DNA from: a virus
Lineage: Duplodnaviria > Caudoviricetes
Length of the DNA: 53,458 bases
IMG/VR virus record: IMGVR_UViG_3300023174_000221
Location: 1-53,458 of that record
Strand: one strand, 5' to 3'
Part shown: one piece after another, positions 35,976-45,640 of the stretch
How the letters are laid out: the number at the start of each line of letters is the position of its first letter
Position numbering within the stretch: position 1 is the first letter of the stretch
The notes under the pieces: model-generated
What the model was told of the DNA's origin: nothing
Database searches by the model: none
The model's input: the letters and a program-made list of their open reading frames with translations, nothing else
Translations under genes and position numbers: made by a program

Positions 35976-38231
35976 ATGAGCACGCAAATTTTAGTTAAAA
36001 AAAGAGGTGGGGATTTAGAAAAATTTAATATAGATAAGATCCACAAAGTCATCTCTTGGGCAATTGAAGGCTTTGACGGAGTAAGTTTATCTGATATTGA
36101 GATAAACGCTAAATTAAACATGGTTGAAAATATTACAACCAGAGAAATTCATCAGAGTATTATTGAGGCAGCAGCAAATTTAATTTCAATTGAGAATCCA
36201 AACTATCAACATGTTGCAGGTCGCCTGTTAAACTATCAATTGCGCAAGGATGTGTGGGGTGGTAAACATCCACCGCGCCTAATTGACATGGTTAAAAACG
36301 GAATTCAAAAAAAGATTTATGACGCCACGCTTTTAGAGCAATACTCTGATGATGAACTCAATAAGCTTGGGGAATTTATTGACCATGAGAGAGATTTTTT
36401 ATTCACATACGCAGGCATAAAGCAGCTTTGTGACAAATATCTAATCAAAAATCGCATCAGCGGCATCATTTATGAGACGCCACAGTTTGCTTATATTTTG
36501 ATTGCCGCATATGCCTTTGCCAACTATTCCAAGGACATCAGATTGAATTATGTTAGACGCTTTTATGATGCCATTTCAAAGCATAAGATCAATCTACCCA
36601 CACCCATCATGGCTGGGGTACGTACACTGTCTCGTGGTTATGCTAGCTGCTGTTTGATTGGTGTTGATGATACCAAAGAGTCTATCACTGCTTCAGGTAC
36701 TGCTGTGTCACTTGCTACTGCTAGTCGTTGCGGCATTGGGATTGATGTGTCCAGAATACGTGCAATTGGTGCTGCAGTAAATGGTGGGTCTGTTGTACAC
36801 ACAGGAGTTATTCCGTTTCTGAAAATATATGAAGCATCTGTAAAAGCATGGCAACAAAATTCAATTCGTGGTGGTTCGGCCACAGTCAATGTTCAATGGT
36901 GGCATTATGAGATAGAAGATATTGTTGTTCTTAAAAACAATGCAGGGACCGATGATAATAGAGTGAGAAAACTTGATTATACTGTGGGTATGTCGAAGCT
37001 ATTCTATGATAGAGTACTAAAAAATGAGAACATTACATTATTTTCACCTCATGAAGTCCCGCAGCTGTGGGAAGCTTGGGGCACATCAAGATTTGACAAA
37101 ATGTATGAGGAGTGCGAAGGTGACAGGAAGATTAAATTTAAGAAGAAAATTTCTGCTCGAAAGTTATTCTCCCTCATTGTAAAAGAGCGCGTGGAGACAG
37201 GTCGAATCTATATTCTCAATGTGGACAGTGCTAATGAGCACGGTGCTTGGCTTGACCAGGTTACAATGTCAAATCTTTGCACAGAAATCATACACCCCTA
37301 CATACCACTGAAAGATTTCCACGACCCAGAAGCTGAGATTGGCATGTGCATTCTCTCTGCTGTCAACATGCTTGAGGTGAAGAATTGGTCCGATCTTGAA
37401 AAAGTATGTGACCTCATCGTTAGATTTTTGGATGAAATTGTAGACATTCAAGACTACTTCAACAAAGCAGCAGAAAATTTTGCTAAAAAACGTAGAAGCT
37501 TGGGTATCGGCATCACCAACCTCGCTGCATTCCTGGCCAAGCACGAATTGAGTTATTCTTCTCCAAAGACACTTCCTGTTGTTGATGAATGGATGGAGCA
37601 CTTTCAATACTATCTCCTCAAATCAAGTGTTCAGCTGGCCAAAGAAAAAGGAAAGTGTGAAAAATTTAACAGAACAAAATATTCCAAAGGGATACTTCCA
37701 ATTGACACATACAAAAAGAAAGTCAATGAGCTTGTGAAGCGTAAATTATCACTAGATTGGGAAGCACTACGCGAAGAAATTAAGGAGCACGGCATGAGAC
37801 ACAGCACAATGTCTGCAATTATGCCTTGTGAATCGAGTTCTGTGATACAAAACTCTACAAATGGTGTTGAACCAATCAGATCCCTCATAACCTACAAGAT
37901 GTCCAAAATGGGTAAGCTGCCAGTTCTTGTGCCTGGCATTGGCAAGTATCATGAAAATTATGAACTCGCTTTTAATCTTGCCGATAATACAGGGTTAATC
38001 AATGTCAATGCAGTGTTGCAGAAGTATATCGACATGGCGATTTCAACGAACATATATTACAATTACAATCATTACCCCAACCATGTTCTACCTGATGCCA
38101 AGGTAATGAAAGAACTCATGTATGCTTACAGCACAGGTTTAATTAGTTTGTATTACAATAATACCGATGATGGTGATAAGGAACAGTCTATGAAAGAAGA
38201 TTCATGTAGCAGTGGAGCCTGCAAGCTGTAA
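35976..38231 (+). CDS. nrdA: Ribonucleotide reductase class Ia alpha subunit
   Basis: ATP cone VKKRGG..E.FNIDKI, LPTPIMAG, ASCCL, SNLCTEI, SLYY and C-terminal CSSGACKL. Confidence 0.97.
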   Translation: MSTQILVKKRGGDLEKFNIDKIHKVISWAIEGFDGVSLSDIEINAKLNMVENITTREIHQSIIEAAANLISIENPNYQHVAGRLLNYQLRKDVWGGKHPPRLIDMVKNGIQKKIYDATLLEQYSDDELNKLGEFIDHERDFLFTYAGIKQLCDKYLIKNRISGIIYETPQFAYILIAAYAFANYSKDIRLNYVRRFYDAISKHKINLPTPIMAGVRTLSRGYASCCLIGVDDTKESITASGTAVSLATASRCGIGIDVSRIRAIGAAVNGGSVVHTGVIPFLKIYEASVKAWQQNSIRGGSATVNVQWWHYEIEDIVVLKNNAGTDDNRVRKLDYTVGMSKLFYDRVLKNENITLFSPHEVPQLWEAWGTSRFDKMYEECEGDRKIKFKKKISARKLFSLIVKERVETGRIYILNVDSANEHGAWLDQVTMSNLCTEIIHPYIPLKDFHDPEAEIGMCILSAVNMLEVKNWSDLEKVCDLIVRFLDEIVDIQDYFNKAAENFAKKRRSLGIGITNLAAFLAKHELSYSSPKTLPVVDEWMEHFQYYLLKSSVQLAKEKGKCEKFNRTKYSKGILPIDTYKKKVNELVKRKLSLDWEALREEIKEHGMRHSTMSAIMPCESSSVIQNSTNGVEPIRSLITYKMSKMGKLPVLVPGIGKYHENYELAFNLADNTGLINVNAVLQKYIDMAISTNIYYNYNHYPNHVLPDAKVMKELMYAYSTGLISLYYNNTDDGDKEQSMKEDSCSSGACKL

Positions 38232-38251
38232 CGTTATAATAAATAATACAC

Positions 38252-39316
38252 ATGAAGTCTGTTTTAAATATAAAGAATATTGATCATACCAAACAACCAT
38301 TGTTTTTTGGTGAAGATTTAAATTTGCAGCGTTATGATAAGTTCAAGTACCCTGTGTTTTTCGAGTTATTCAAAAAACAGGAAGAGTTCTTCTGGTGGCC
38401 CCATGAAATATCTCTGCAAAAAGATAGGCACGATTATCGTGGGTTAAAAGGTGAAGAACGGTTTGTGTTTGATAATAATTTAAAATTTCAAACTCTAGGA
38501 GACAGCATGCTGTCTCGTTCAATCCATTCTCTCAAGGACTATGTCTCTAATCCAGAACTGGAAATATGCATGAATACATGGCAGCGGTTTGAAGGCATTC
38601 ACAGCTACAGCTATTCTTATCTTCTTAACAATGTGCACCCACATGCTTCAGCATTTTTTGATAGCATCATGGAAGATGAAGAAATTGTTAGCAGGGCCAA
38701 TCTCATTCGCAATAACTTCGATAAAATCTTAGGTGATGATTCCAAGAAAGATATTAAAGAGAAAATCTTAGATTGTGTGTTAGCTGTCAATGTCATGGAG
38801 GGCCTAGTATTCTATGTCAGCTTTGCATGTTCCTTTTATTTTGGATACCGTGGAAAAATGGAAGGCAATGCAAAAATTATTAAATTTATTCAGCGTGATG
38901 AATCTCAACATTATGCAATTACTCAGAATCTTTTAAAGATCATGCGCGATGAGGACTGTGAGGGCTTCACACAAGTGGTAAAAAAGAATGAAGATAAGAT
39001 ATATGCTTATTATGAGCAAGCTGCCAAGAATGAGATCGAGTGGGCACAGTATCTCTTTAGCAAAGGTTCTCTGCTGGGATTAAATGCTGAGGTACTTGGT
39101 GGTTACACCAAGTGGCTGTGTGATAATCGGTTGCGCTCCCTAGGTTATAAAAAGATCTTTAATCAAAAAGGTAATCCCATATCTGGCTGGCTAGATAGTT
39201 ACTTGGATAGTAGCAAGGTACAAGTTGCGCCACAAGAAGCTGAAATAGGTGCATACAAGATAGCCGCCAGAGACACGACAATCTCAGAAGAATCATTTGC
39301 TGACATCAAATTGTAA
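38252..39316 (+). CDS. nrdB: Ribonucleotide reductase class Ia beta subunit
   Basis: FFWWP.EI, FQTLGDS, EGIHSYSY (radical Tyr), MEGLVFYVSF, RDESQH and QVAPQE.E...Y. Confidence 0.97.
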   Translation: MKSVLNIKNIDHTKQPLFFGEDLNLQRYDKFKYPVFFELFKKQEEFFWWPHEISLQKDRHDYRGLKGEERFVFDNNLKFQTLGDSMLSRSIHSLKDYVSNPELEICMNTWQRFEGIHSYSYSYLLNNVHPHASAFFDSIMEDEEIVSRANLIRNNFDKILGDDSKKDIKEKILDCVLAVNVMEGLVFYVSFACSFYFGYRGKMEGNAKIIKFIQRDESQHYAITQNLLKIMRDEDCEGFTQVVKKNEDKIYAYYEQAAKNEIEWAQYLFSKGSLLGLNAEVLGGYTKWLCDNRLRSLGYKKIFNQKGNPISGWLDSYLDSSKVQVAPQEAEIGAYKIAARDTTISEESFADIKL

Positions 39317-39332
39317 TAAATATACTATTACA

Positions 39333-40538
39333 ATGATACCTGTACTCGACACAAAGAGGTTGGCGGCCAACCATTTATACCCTACTTTATTTGGTTTTTC
39401 AACCAAAAATAAAGTACCAGCCCAACTTTTAAACTACGTTTATGGTGTTGTGATGGTTGTGGCCATGGCTTTTGCATATCATGCTCTTGGATTAATTCTT
39501 TCGGACTGGAATAAGCTCTTTGTTTTTCTGGCCAGCTTATCTGTTGTTGGTCTTCCATATTGTATTAAGATAGTATTGTTCGGTAATGAAAGGTTTGAAG
39601 CTAAACATGCCTATCTTTGCTTGGCTATTAGTATTCTCCCAGCTATTTTTGACTTTGTTGGATTTTATAGTGAGACAAGCATCAAGCAAACATTAACACA
39701 AACAAAATTTCAAATTGTAGAAAAAATTAGTTACTTCAATACTGAAGCTAGAGAGAAGCTTGAGACAGAGAAGATAGATATTATTAAAAAGCGTGACAAT
39801 GAAATATCTAAGCTAAAAGCTGACGCCGCGCAAAGAACCTCCAATCTTGAAAATGCATTAACTGATGTGAAGCAGGTTTATATTGATGAGACCGAAGGGG
39901 TGCGCAGTCAGAGTACTTCAGGCAAACCTGGTTCTGGCCCGCGGGCTAAAGAATATCAAGCCGAGATCCGCAAGACCCAAGCAAAGAATGACTTGGAAGT
40001 TAGAAAAATCAATCAAGAGCAACAGATTGAAGAAGAAAGAATAAAGAATCAATATCAACAAACAATTGATCAATGTGATGCTGGGTTAAAGGAGATTGAT
40101 ACCCTTGTTTCAAGTGATGCAAAAGCAAAAGGTCTACTATTTCAAGTAAACAACGCGCAAAACTTCTCTGAATTATCAAAGATTGTAATCATTGTGAACA
40201 ACAGCATTTCAACTATCAGCTCAAAGATGAGCCTGGAGCCAAAGTTTGTGTCTTACACAACAGACGACGTCATACAGCTTTCCTTTAGCGCTCTACTGAG
40301 AGGCGAAATAACTGCGCTCATTTGCTGTCTCTTGGCATTCTTGCTTGAGATGGTGGATATTATTATAGTATACATGATTAGAGGAACCAAGAAGCAAGAC
40401 GATGATGAAGATAATAAAAAAGACAAAGAAAAAGAAAAGATTTTCTTCAAAAAATACGATACAAATATCATGCCTGAGAAGAACCAAGAGATGATAGACA
40501 GCTTCTTTTATCCATATAAAAATTACACAAAAAATTAA
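39333..40538 (+). CDS. Membrane protein with coiled coil, DUF4407-like
   Basis: Three N-terminal hydrophobic segments, a long coiled coil with E.EG....SGKPG.GP, and a C-terminal TM segment (LLEM). Start reassigned to ATG 39333. Confidence 0.65.
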   Translation: MIPVLDTKRLAANHLYPTLFGFSTKNKVPAQLLNYVYGVVMVVAMAFAYHALGLILSDWNKLFVFLASLSVVGLPYCIKIVLFGNERFEAKHAYLCLAISILPAIFDFVGFYSETSIKQTLTQTKFQIVEKISYFNTEAREKLETEKIDIIKKRDNEISKLKADAAQRTSNLENALTDVKQVYIDETEGVRSQSTSGKPGSGPRAKEYQAEIRKTQAKNDLEVRKINQEQQIEEERIKNQYQQTIDQCDAGLKEIDTLVSSDAKAKGLLFQVNNAQNFSELSKIVIIVNNSISTISSKMSLEPKFVSYTTDDVIQLSFSALLRGEITALICCLLAFLLEMVDIIIVYMIRGTKKQDDDEDNKKDKEKEKIFFKKYDTNIMPEKNQEMIDSFFYPYKNYTKN

Positions 40539-40568
40539 CTCCTTGCGAACTAAGTAAGTATGAAGGTG

Positions 40569-40623
40569 TATTCAAATAGGGGTGGGAGGTGGGCTCGAAA
40601 GTGTTTTCGAGACTATTTGAATA
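40569..40623 (+). ncRNA. Structured intergenic element: 11-bp stem, G-rich SD-containing bulge and 7-bp inner hairpin
   Basis: TATTCAAATAG / CTATTTGAATA perfect inverted repeat; bulge GGGTGGGAGGTGGG; inner CTCGAAA-GTGT-TTTCGAG. TAAGTA boxes at 40551 and 40555. Confidence 0.45.
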
Positions 40624-40632
40624 AATATTACT

Positions 40633-40830
40633 ATGGTCAGCGCAGAAGTGCCATCACTTTCTACTACCGATCTCTACAGGTATTTTACAGCAATGAGAGA
40701 AGAGATTTTGAAACACAAGTGGTATGAAAGCGAGAGAGCTGGCAAGGATGTGGGGTTTGAATACGCGCTAGTTAACTGGACAATGAGATTTCGCAATGCT
40801 TGGCAACCCAAAACTAAGGCCCCTTCTTAG
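40633..40830 (+). CDS. Small DUF4032-like protein
   Basis: LYR.F.A.REEILKHKWYESERAGKDVGFE.AL..W...R..W; TAAATA-N5-ATG. Confidence 0.75.
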   Translation: MVSAEVPSLSTTDLYRYFTAMREEILKHKWYESERAGKDVGFEYALVNWTMRFRNAWQPKTKAPS

Positions 40831-43132
40831 CATTATTTTGTGATGTTGCCACGTTACGCTCCACCCCGTTAGTGCCAGCAGCAGCATCTCTTACATCAGA
40901 ATTGCTTGCAACAAGCGTTAAGGGTAGATTGCGGAAATGATGACTGTGTGGATATGTAAACAAGCAATTGGGTGAAGGTCTGCCGTTTCCACTTGGTGTG
41001 CGTGCATATACACGAAGCCAATTGCCACATGAATCACTCACATAGTCGCCCGGGCATGCGGTCACATATCCAATCACTGGATATTCAGAAAGTGAAAACA
41101 CCTCATCATTAGTTTGACCATATATCTTGGTGTCTTCGGTTTCCTGAATCTCAACTGGAGCAGTAATATGATTAATGGTGAGTTCACCTTCTATATGTGC
41201 CCCGCCGCCAACAATTAGATTTCTACTAACACCCAGACTGCTGTCCACCAGCACTTGTTTCATTTGTCTCTGCTTAAACACCATTATATCTGCTGTTACA
41301 GTCAAGCGCTTGCCACCATCAATATTAGTTTCACTGCTACTGGCTAAATTCATTTGCTCACCGCTCATGTTAATAACTGTTCCACCAATCTGTACAGGTC
41401 CAAAGGACTTCATGCTTATGCCACCTGCTCCAACTTGCACAGTATATCTATTGCATACATTTAGTGTATAGTTACCACCAGGAAGATCATCCACATGAAC
41501 ATATTCAATAAGAGGGCTAGCTTCTTGGTTTTCAAATACACCAAGGGTACCAATTGTAACAGCAGAATTATAAATTTTTCCCTGACTATCAACACGAATA
41601 CTACCAAAATCATTCATTATTGTTCCAATAGTCTCAATCTTATGCTTGGTGATATCCACAATCTCATGTCCGCCAAGACCTAAATCTGCTTCTGCTTTGG
41701 CTATACTAGATATCTTTGAATTGAGCAATGCCTGCAATTGCTGCTTCGCAGGATCAGGCGACCATTCACCGCCCATGCTACTAACACTCTTGCCTGTGCC
41801 ACCACAACTTGGACATTTTCCTGTGGGTGGAAAGGTCAGATCCTGAGGCTTACCAGGTTGCTGCAGTCCAATTGCATCCACAGTATCATACAGACTCACA
41901 CCGTCTCTGGCTTGATAACCGCCACCACCTGCAGTAATACTTGGAATTCCAACAGCCGCAAAAGGATTGTTTTTGAGCGTACTATATTTTCTATTCTGCT
42001 GGCACACAGGGCACTTACCGTAACTACCTGATTGCTTTTGTTCTACACTATTAAATAACTCTTTATTCTTTACTCGCTGTGTTTCAAATCGCTGTTTAAC
42101 ATCAGCTACTCCTTGCATGATGTCTTTCCACTTCTGAACAGCACCAGAATCAAGACTACCAATTTTGCGATACACATCTCCACGAATTGTTATATCTTTG
42201 TCACCATCCACATAGAAGTTATCTGATCCTCTCACTGTTTCAAACTTATCTCCCTGTATCAAATGCTGTTCATTTGCTGTGGCTAAGTATATTGTTGTTG
42301 GATTGGTAAAAATAATGGAACTGCCACTGTAGTGACTAAGTTTCAAAGCCTCTTTGTTATCTGTGTTTGTAAATTCTAACGTTCCACCCTTCTGATTAAT
42401 GAGATATTTGTTGCGATATATCTCCACATTATGATCTGTTTCGCCACCAGGCTTTTTGTTTTCATAAGAATCTGGATAATCTGTAAACTCATACACACCT
42501 TGCCACTCTTCTGCACCATGACTAGCAGCAAAGTAAATTGGATACATAGGATTACCATCAGTAAAGAACACCCACAAATGTGACCCTACAGGTGGTATTG
42601 AGAAAGATCCTTTTGCTTTATTACTATAGGAAGCTGGGCGATAGCTCTGACCATATACATTAGCTTTATTTGTACCGGAGGCGCCTGACGATACAAATGC
42701 ATCTTTTAAAGCAAAATCCCCTTTCTCGAGAATATTAGCCGGCTTTTCACCTGTACCATCAGGGTTTTGACTATATTTGGTTGGTTGAAAATTATCCTTA
42801 GGCACAGAAGAATCATAGTCATTGCTATCACTAATTGTAGATTTGCGATTGGAACTATTATACCTGCCTGAAGAAACCTCGCCTGCTAGGGGCGAAGCAC
42901 AGTCTGCCCATGGTAGAACATCCTTCAATTCATCCACAACATCATCTATTGGACTATCTATATTCTTACCTAAAAATTTAAATTTCTTATCTTTAAATGT
43001 GGCATTCCAATTTTTATATACACTGGGTGACAAATGTGGTATAAAGATCTTTACACGCCCTTTCTTTAGCGGATCATTATTCGCTACAACTATGCCAAGG
43101 TAATTTCCGTAAAGTTTGTTTTGATCTGTCAT
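40814..43132 (-). CDS. Baseplate central spike, T4 gp5/VgrG-like (no recognisable lysozyme domain)
   Basis: OB-fold Y.GIVV.NNDP.K.GRVK, PWA and PPVGS..WVFF..G.P.YP; beta-helix repeats (IQGDKFETVRGSDNFYVDGD); C-terminal HSHH. Confidence 0.8.
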   Translation of the reverse strand: MTDQNKLYGNYLGIVVANNDPLKKGRVKIFIPHLSPSVYKNWNATFKDKKFKFLGKNIDSPIDDVVDELKDVLPWADCASPLAGEVSSGRYNSSNRKSTISDSNDYDSSVPKDNFQPTKYSQNPDGTGEKPANILEKGDFALKDAFVSSGASGTNKANVYGQSYRPASYSNKAKGSFSIPPVGSHLWVFFTDGNPMYPIYFAASHGAEEWQGVYEFTDYPDSYENKKPGGETDHNVEIYRNKYLINQKGGTLEFTNTDNKEALKLSHYSGSSIIFTNPTTIYLATANEQHLIQGDKFETVRGSDNFYVDGDKDITIRGDVYRKIGSLDSGAVQKWKDIMQGVADVKQRFETQRVKNKELFNSVEQKQSGSYGKCPVCQQNRKYSTLKNNPFAAVGIPSITAGGGGYQARDGVSLYDTVDAIGLQQPGKPQDLTFPPTGKCPSCGGTGKSVSSMGGEWSPDPAKQQLQALLNSKISSIAKAEADLGLGGHEIVDITKHKIETIGTIMNDFGSIRVDSQGKIYNSAVTIGTLGVFENQEASPLIEYVHVDDLPGGNYTLNVCNRYTVQVGAGGISMKSFGPVQIGGTVINMSGEQMNLASSSETNIDGGKRLTVTADIMVFKQRQMKQVLVDSSLGVSRNLIVGGGAHIEGELTINHITAPVEIQETEDTKIYGQTNDEVFSLSEYPVIGYVTACPGDYVSDSCGNWLRVYARTPSGNGRPSPNCLFTYPHSHHFRNLPLTLVASNSDVRDAAAGTNGVERNVATSQNNAKKGP

Positions 43133-44205
43133 GCTATACCATATAGTGGGGGAGTATTTTTAGCGTATTTATACTTGCTTGTTGGAGGATAAACTCTTAC
43201 TGTTACTTCCGATTTTAGTCTGTCTGCTGCAGCAAGAGCAGCTTCTTTCTTTTCATAATACACATCAATAATTGGTCGCCGGCCACCACTTGCCGTTCTG
43301 GCCTTGACTGCACCACCAGTGTCTGTTGCAAATCTAGTTCCAACGCCAGGTATATCGATTCGACTCAAGTAAGGTATAATATTTGGATCAACAGCAACAC
43401 TCACACCTTCTGCTAATTGACGTCCTGTTGAACTACGCTTTGCAGCGGAATCGGCATCAGTACCAGATCCTTGTGACCAATATACAGTCAGCCGCACAGC
43501 AAGATCGAACCCATTTTTGTTATCACCACTAAATTTTGGTGAACTAAGTTGCTGCAACGGAGCTTGACCTGTTTGACCAAATACAGGGTTATTTGCTTCA
43601 CTTGAAGCCATTTGCGTAGATATTTTTGAAACGTTCTGTGTTGAATTATTCACTGCGCCACCAACAGCTTGATTGAATTTATCTGGATACTTCAAATCTC
43701 TGATGCCTTTTGGTGTAAGATTTGAAGCTTTATCTATGCCACTTTGCACAGCTTGACTAATATTACCAAATTGACTGCCTTGCGATTCATTCTGAAATAC
43801 ACCCAGCATCTGTTGTGCAGATTGAGTGGAAAAACTATCTGCTGCTTTCTGCAATTGTGATGTCAGGCTTTGAAAACCACCACCTGATACAAGGTTATTA
43901 ACACCGGGAAAAGATTTACCAGCCAGCGCCTCTAGCTGCGATGTGGCTTGATCTGTGATTGACGGCAATACATTATTTAACCCTTTTGTCAATTGATTTT
44001 TAAACCCTGTAGGATTCAGCAGACTGCGCACCCCATCTGGTGCTGTATTGATAAAATTACCTGGCAATAGACCTGCCGCTTGATCGCTAAACTGATCAAA
44101 CCCTGGGATGGATACTAAACTCTGCAGATCTTGCTGTGTGATACCGTTGAGCTTATCTTCTAAAGTCTGCACCGAATTTACTATATCTGGAGCGTTGTAA
44201 TACAC
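43129..44205 (-). CDS. Virion-associated protein with C-terminal 3D lytic transglycosylase domain
   Basis: Q/S/G-rich N-terminal region; LTVYW, VAVDPNIIPY, ATDTGGAV and IDVYY. ATGA-coupled to the gp5-like gene. Confidence 0.8.
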   Translation of the reverse strand: MYYNAPDIVNSVQTLEDKLNGITQQDLQSLVSIPGFDQFSDQAAGLLPGNFINTAPDGVRSLLNPTGFKNQLTKGLNNVLPSITDQATSQLEALAGKSFPGVNNLVSGGGFQSLTSQLQKAADSFSTQSAQQMLGVFQNESQGSQFGNISQAVQSGIDKASNLTPKGIRDLKYPDKFNQAVGGAVNNSTQNVSKISTQMASSEANNPVFGQTGQAPLQQLSSPKFSGDNKNGFDLAVRLTVYWSQGSGTDADSAAKRSSTGRQLAEGVSVAVDPNIIPYLSRIDIPGVGTRFATDTGGAVKARTASGGRRPIIDVYYEKKEAALAAADRLKSEVTVRVYPPTSKYKYAKNTPPLYGIA

Positions 44206-44226
44206 ATTATTATTTAAGAAATATCC

Positions 44227-44254
44227 TTGATTTGAAAGGGGGTTATTATATCAT
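44227..44254 (+). promoter_or_regulatory. sigma70-type promoter TTGATT-N16-TATCAT of the deazaguanine operon
   Basis: ATG 44262 is 7 nt downstream. Confidence 0.65.
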
Positions 44255-44261
44255 AAACTGT

Positions 44262-45068
44262 ATGAAGGTATCACATGAGTCTCCCATTTCTATCTTAGAC
44301 TCATCCAGAAAATACAACGATTTTGACTACTGTCTGGTACATCTTCTGGATCAATACCCTACATATAATGATTTCTTTAAATTTGCCAGAATTACTTACA
44401 ATAGAGAAGTATTACTTGACAATTCTATTTTTGAACTGGGCAAAGCTTTTGATAGTCACAAGTTCTGGGTAAAGGTTAAAGAAATTAAACCCAACATGTT
44501 TATTGTACCGGATGTACTTGAAGATACTCAAGATACAATACAAAGCTTTAAAGCATTTGAAAATTACACACTTAATATTAAGGAGAGCTTTTTAACAAAA
44601 GCTATAGGCGCTGTGCAGGGTAAAAATTGGCATGAATTAAAGGAGTGTTACAAATTTATGTCTGACAACGCAGATATGATTGCAATAAGTTTTGATTTTA
44701 GTTATTATCAAGCTATCGGTGAAGGTAAAACCTATCTTGAAAAGTGGTGCACTGGTCGCCAGCGCTTTATAACCGATTTAATAAGTAATGGGATATGGAA
44801 TTGGAGCAAACCTCATCATTTACTTGGTTGTTCTTTGGCTAAGGAGTTTAGATTTTATGTTGATAGAAATATTCACAATATTGTTAGTTGCGATACCAGC
44901 AATCCCGTTGTTGCTGCTATACATGGATTAAAATACGATGCGGATTACGGCTTACAAAGCAAGCCGAATACTAAGTTAGCAGATCTAATAGAGTATGAAT
45001 TTACTAACGATCAACTAGATCTTGTGGATTATAATACTTCTATGTTTAAGAAAATCATACGCAGATGA
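44262..45068 (+). CDS. dpdA: TGT-fold 7-deazaguanine insertion/synthesis enzyme (DpdA family, possibly DpdA3-like)
   Basis: LLDNSIFE (cf. TGT/DpdA DSGxF), PDVL, AVQG, HLLG and SCDTS motifs in TGT order; same operon as queF. Confidence 0.65.
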   Translation: MKVSHESPISILDSSRKYNDFDYCLVHLLDQYPTYNDFFKFARITYNREVLLDNSIFELGKAFDSHKFWVKVKEIKPNMFIVPDVLEDTQDTIQSFKAFENYTLNIKESFLTKAIGAVQGKNWHELKECYKFMSDNADMIAISFDFSYYQAIGEGKTYLEKWCTGRQRFITDLISNGIWNWSKPHHLLGCSLAKEFRFYVDRNIHNIVSCDTSNPVVAAIHGLKYDADYGLQSKPNTKLADLIEYEFTNDQLDLVDYNTSMFKKIIRR

Positions 45069-45640
45069 GACCTTGGATTACTTTTTTTTCGCAAACAGGA
45101 ACTGAAATACATAACCTATCCAATGGACTGGGTATATATCCAGATTTGATAGTAACAAATAAATCAGATTTAAAGGGTATTAATGAGGGATTACTACACA
45201 CAACACAATTTAGGGAACAAAAACTGAATAAAACTATCTTAACATTTCTGCCAAGTAAACCCGTTACTGGTAACTACATAAAGATTTTAAACAATTTTAA
45301 AAACCCTCTGATAACACTGCATGGTTATCTGAGAATTATTCCAAAAGAAATATGTGAACGATATGAAATATACAATCTGCATCCAGGTCTAATCAACAAA
45401 TATCCCAGCTTAAAAGGGTTCAATCCACAGGAACGTGCATTTACAAGTGGCCACAAGGATGCAGGGTGTGTTATACATAAAGTAACCCCAGGCGTTGACG
45501 AAGGAGAGATTGTTGCTTCAGGTGAAATTAGTATTGAGGATCTTACCCTAGCAGAAGTATACACCGAGCTTCATGGTTGTGCATTTAATGTGTGGAAAAA
45601 CTTCCTAACAGAGTATAATATAATTCAAAGTGAATCCTGA
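45065..45640 (+). CDS. PurN-like N10-formyl-THF formyltransferase (DpdN-like preQ1 formyltransferase)
   Basis: FSQTGT, LHGYLRII, YNLHPGL and GCVIHKV..GVDEG.IV motifs. Confidence 0.85.
   Translation: MRPWITFFSQTGTEIHNLSNGLGIYPDLIVTNKSDLKGINEGLLHTTQFREQKLNKTILTFLPSKPVTGNYIKILNNFKNPLITLHGYLRIIPKEICERYEIYNLHPGLINKYPSLKGFNPQERAFTSGHKDAGCVIHKVTPGVDEGEIVASGEISIEDLTLAEVYTELHGCAFNVWKNFLTEYNIIQSES

Noticed and set aside
35976-39316. Intein, intron or unusual RNR class
   Set aside because: Both subunits are of normal length and uninterrupted, with class Ia metal ligands and radical Tyr intact.
45065-45640. Purine-biosynthesis auxiliary gene purN
   Set aside because: It overlaps the DpdA-like and DUF1599 genes in a queF operon with no other pur genes in the window, so base modification is more likely.
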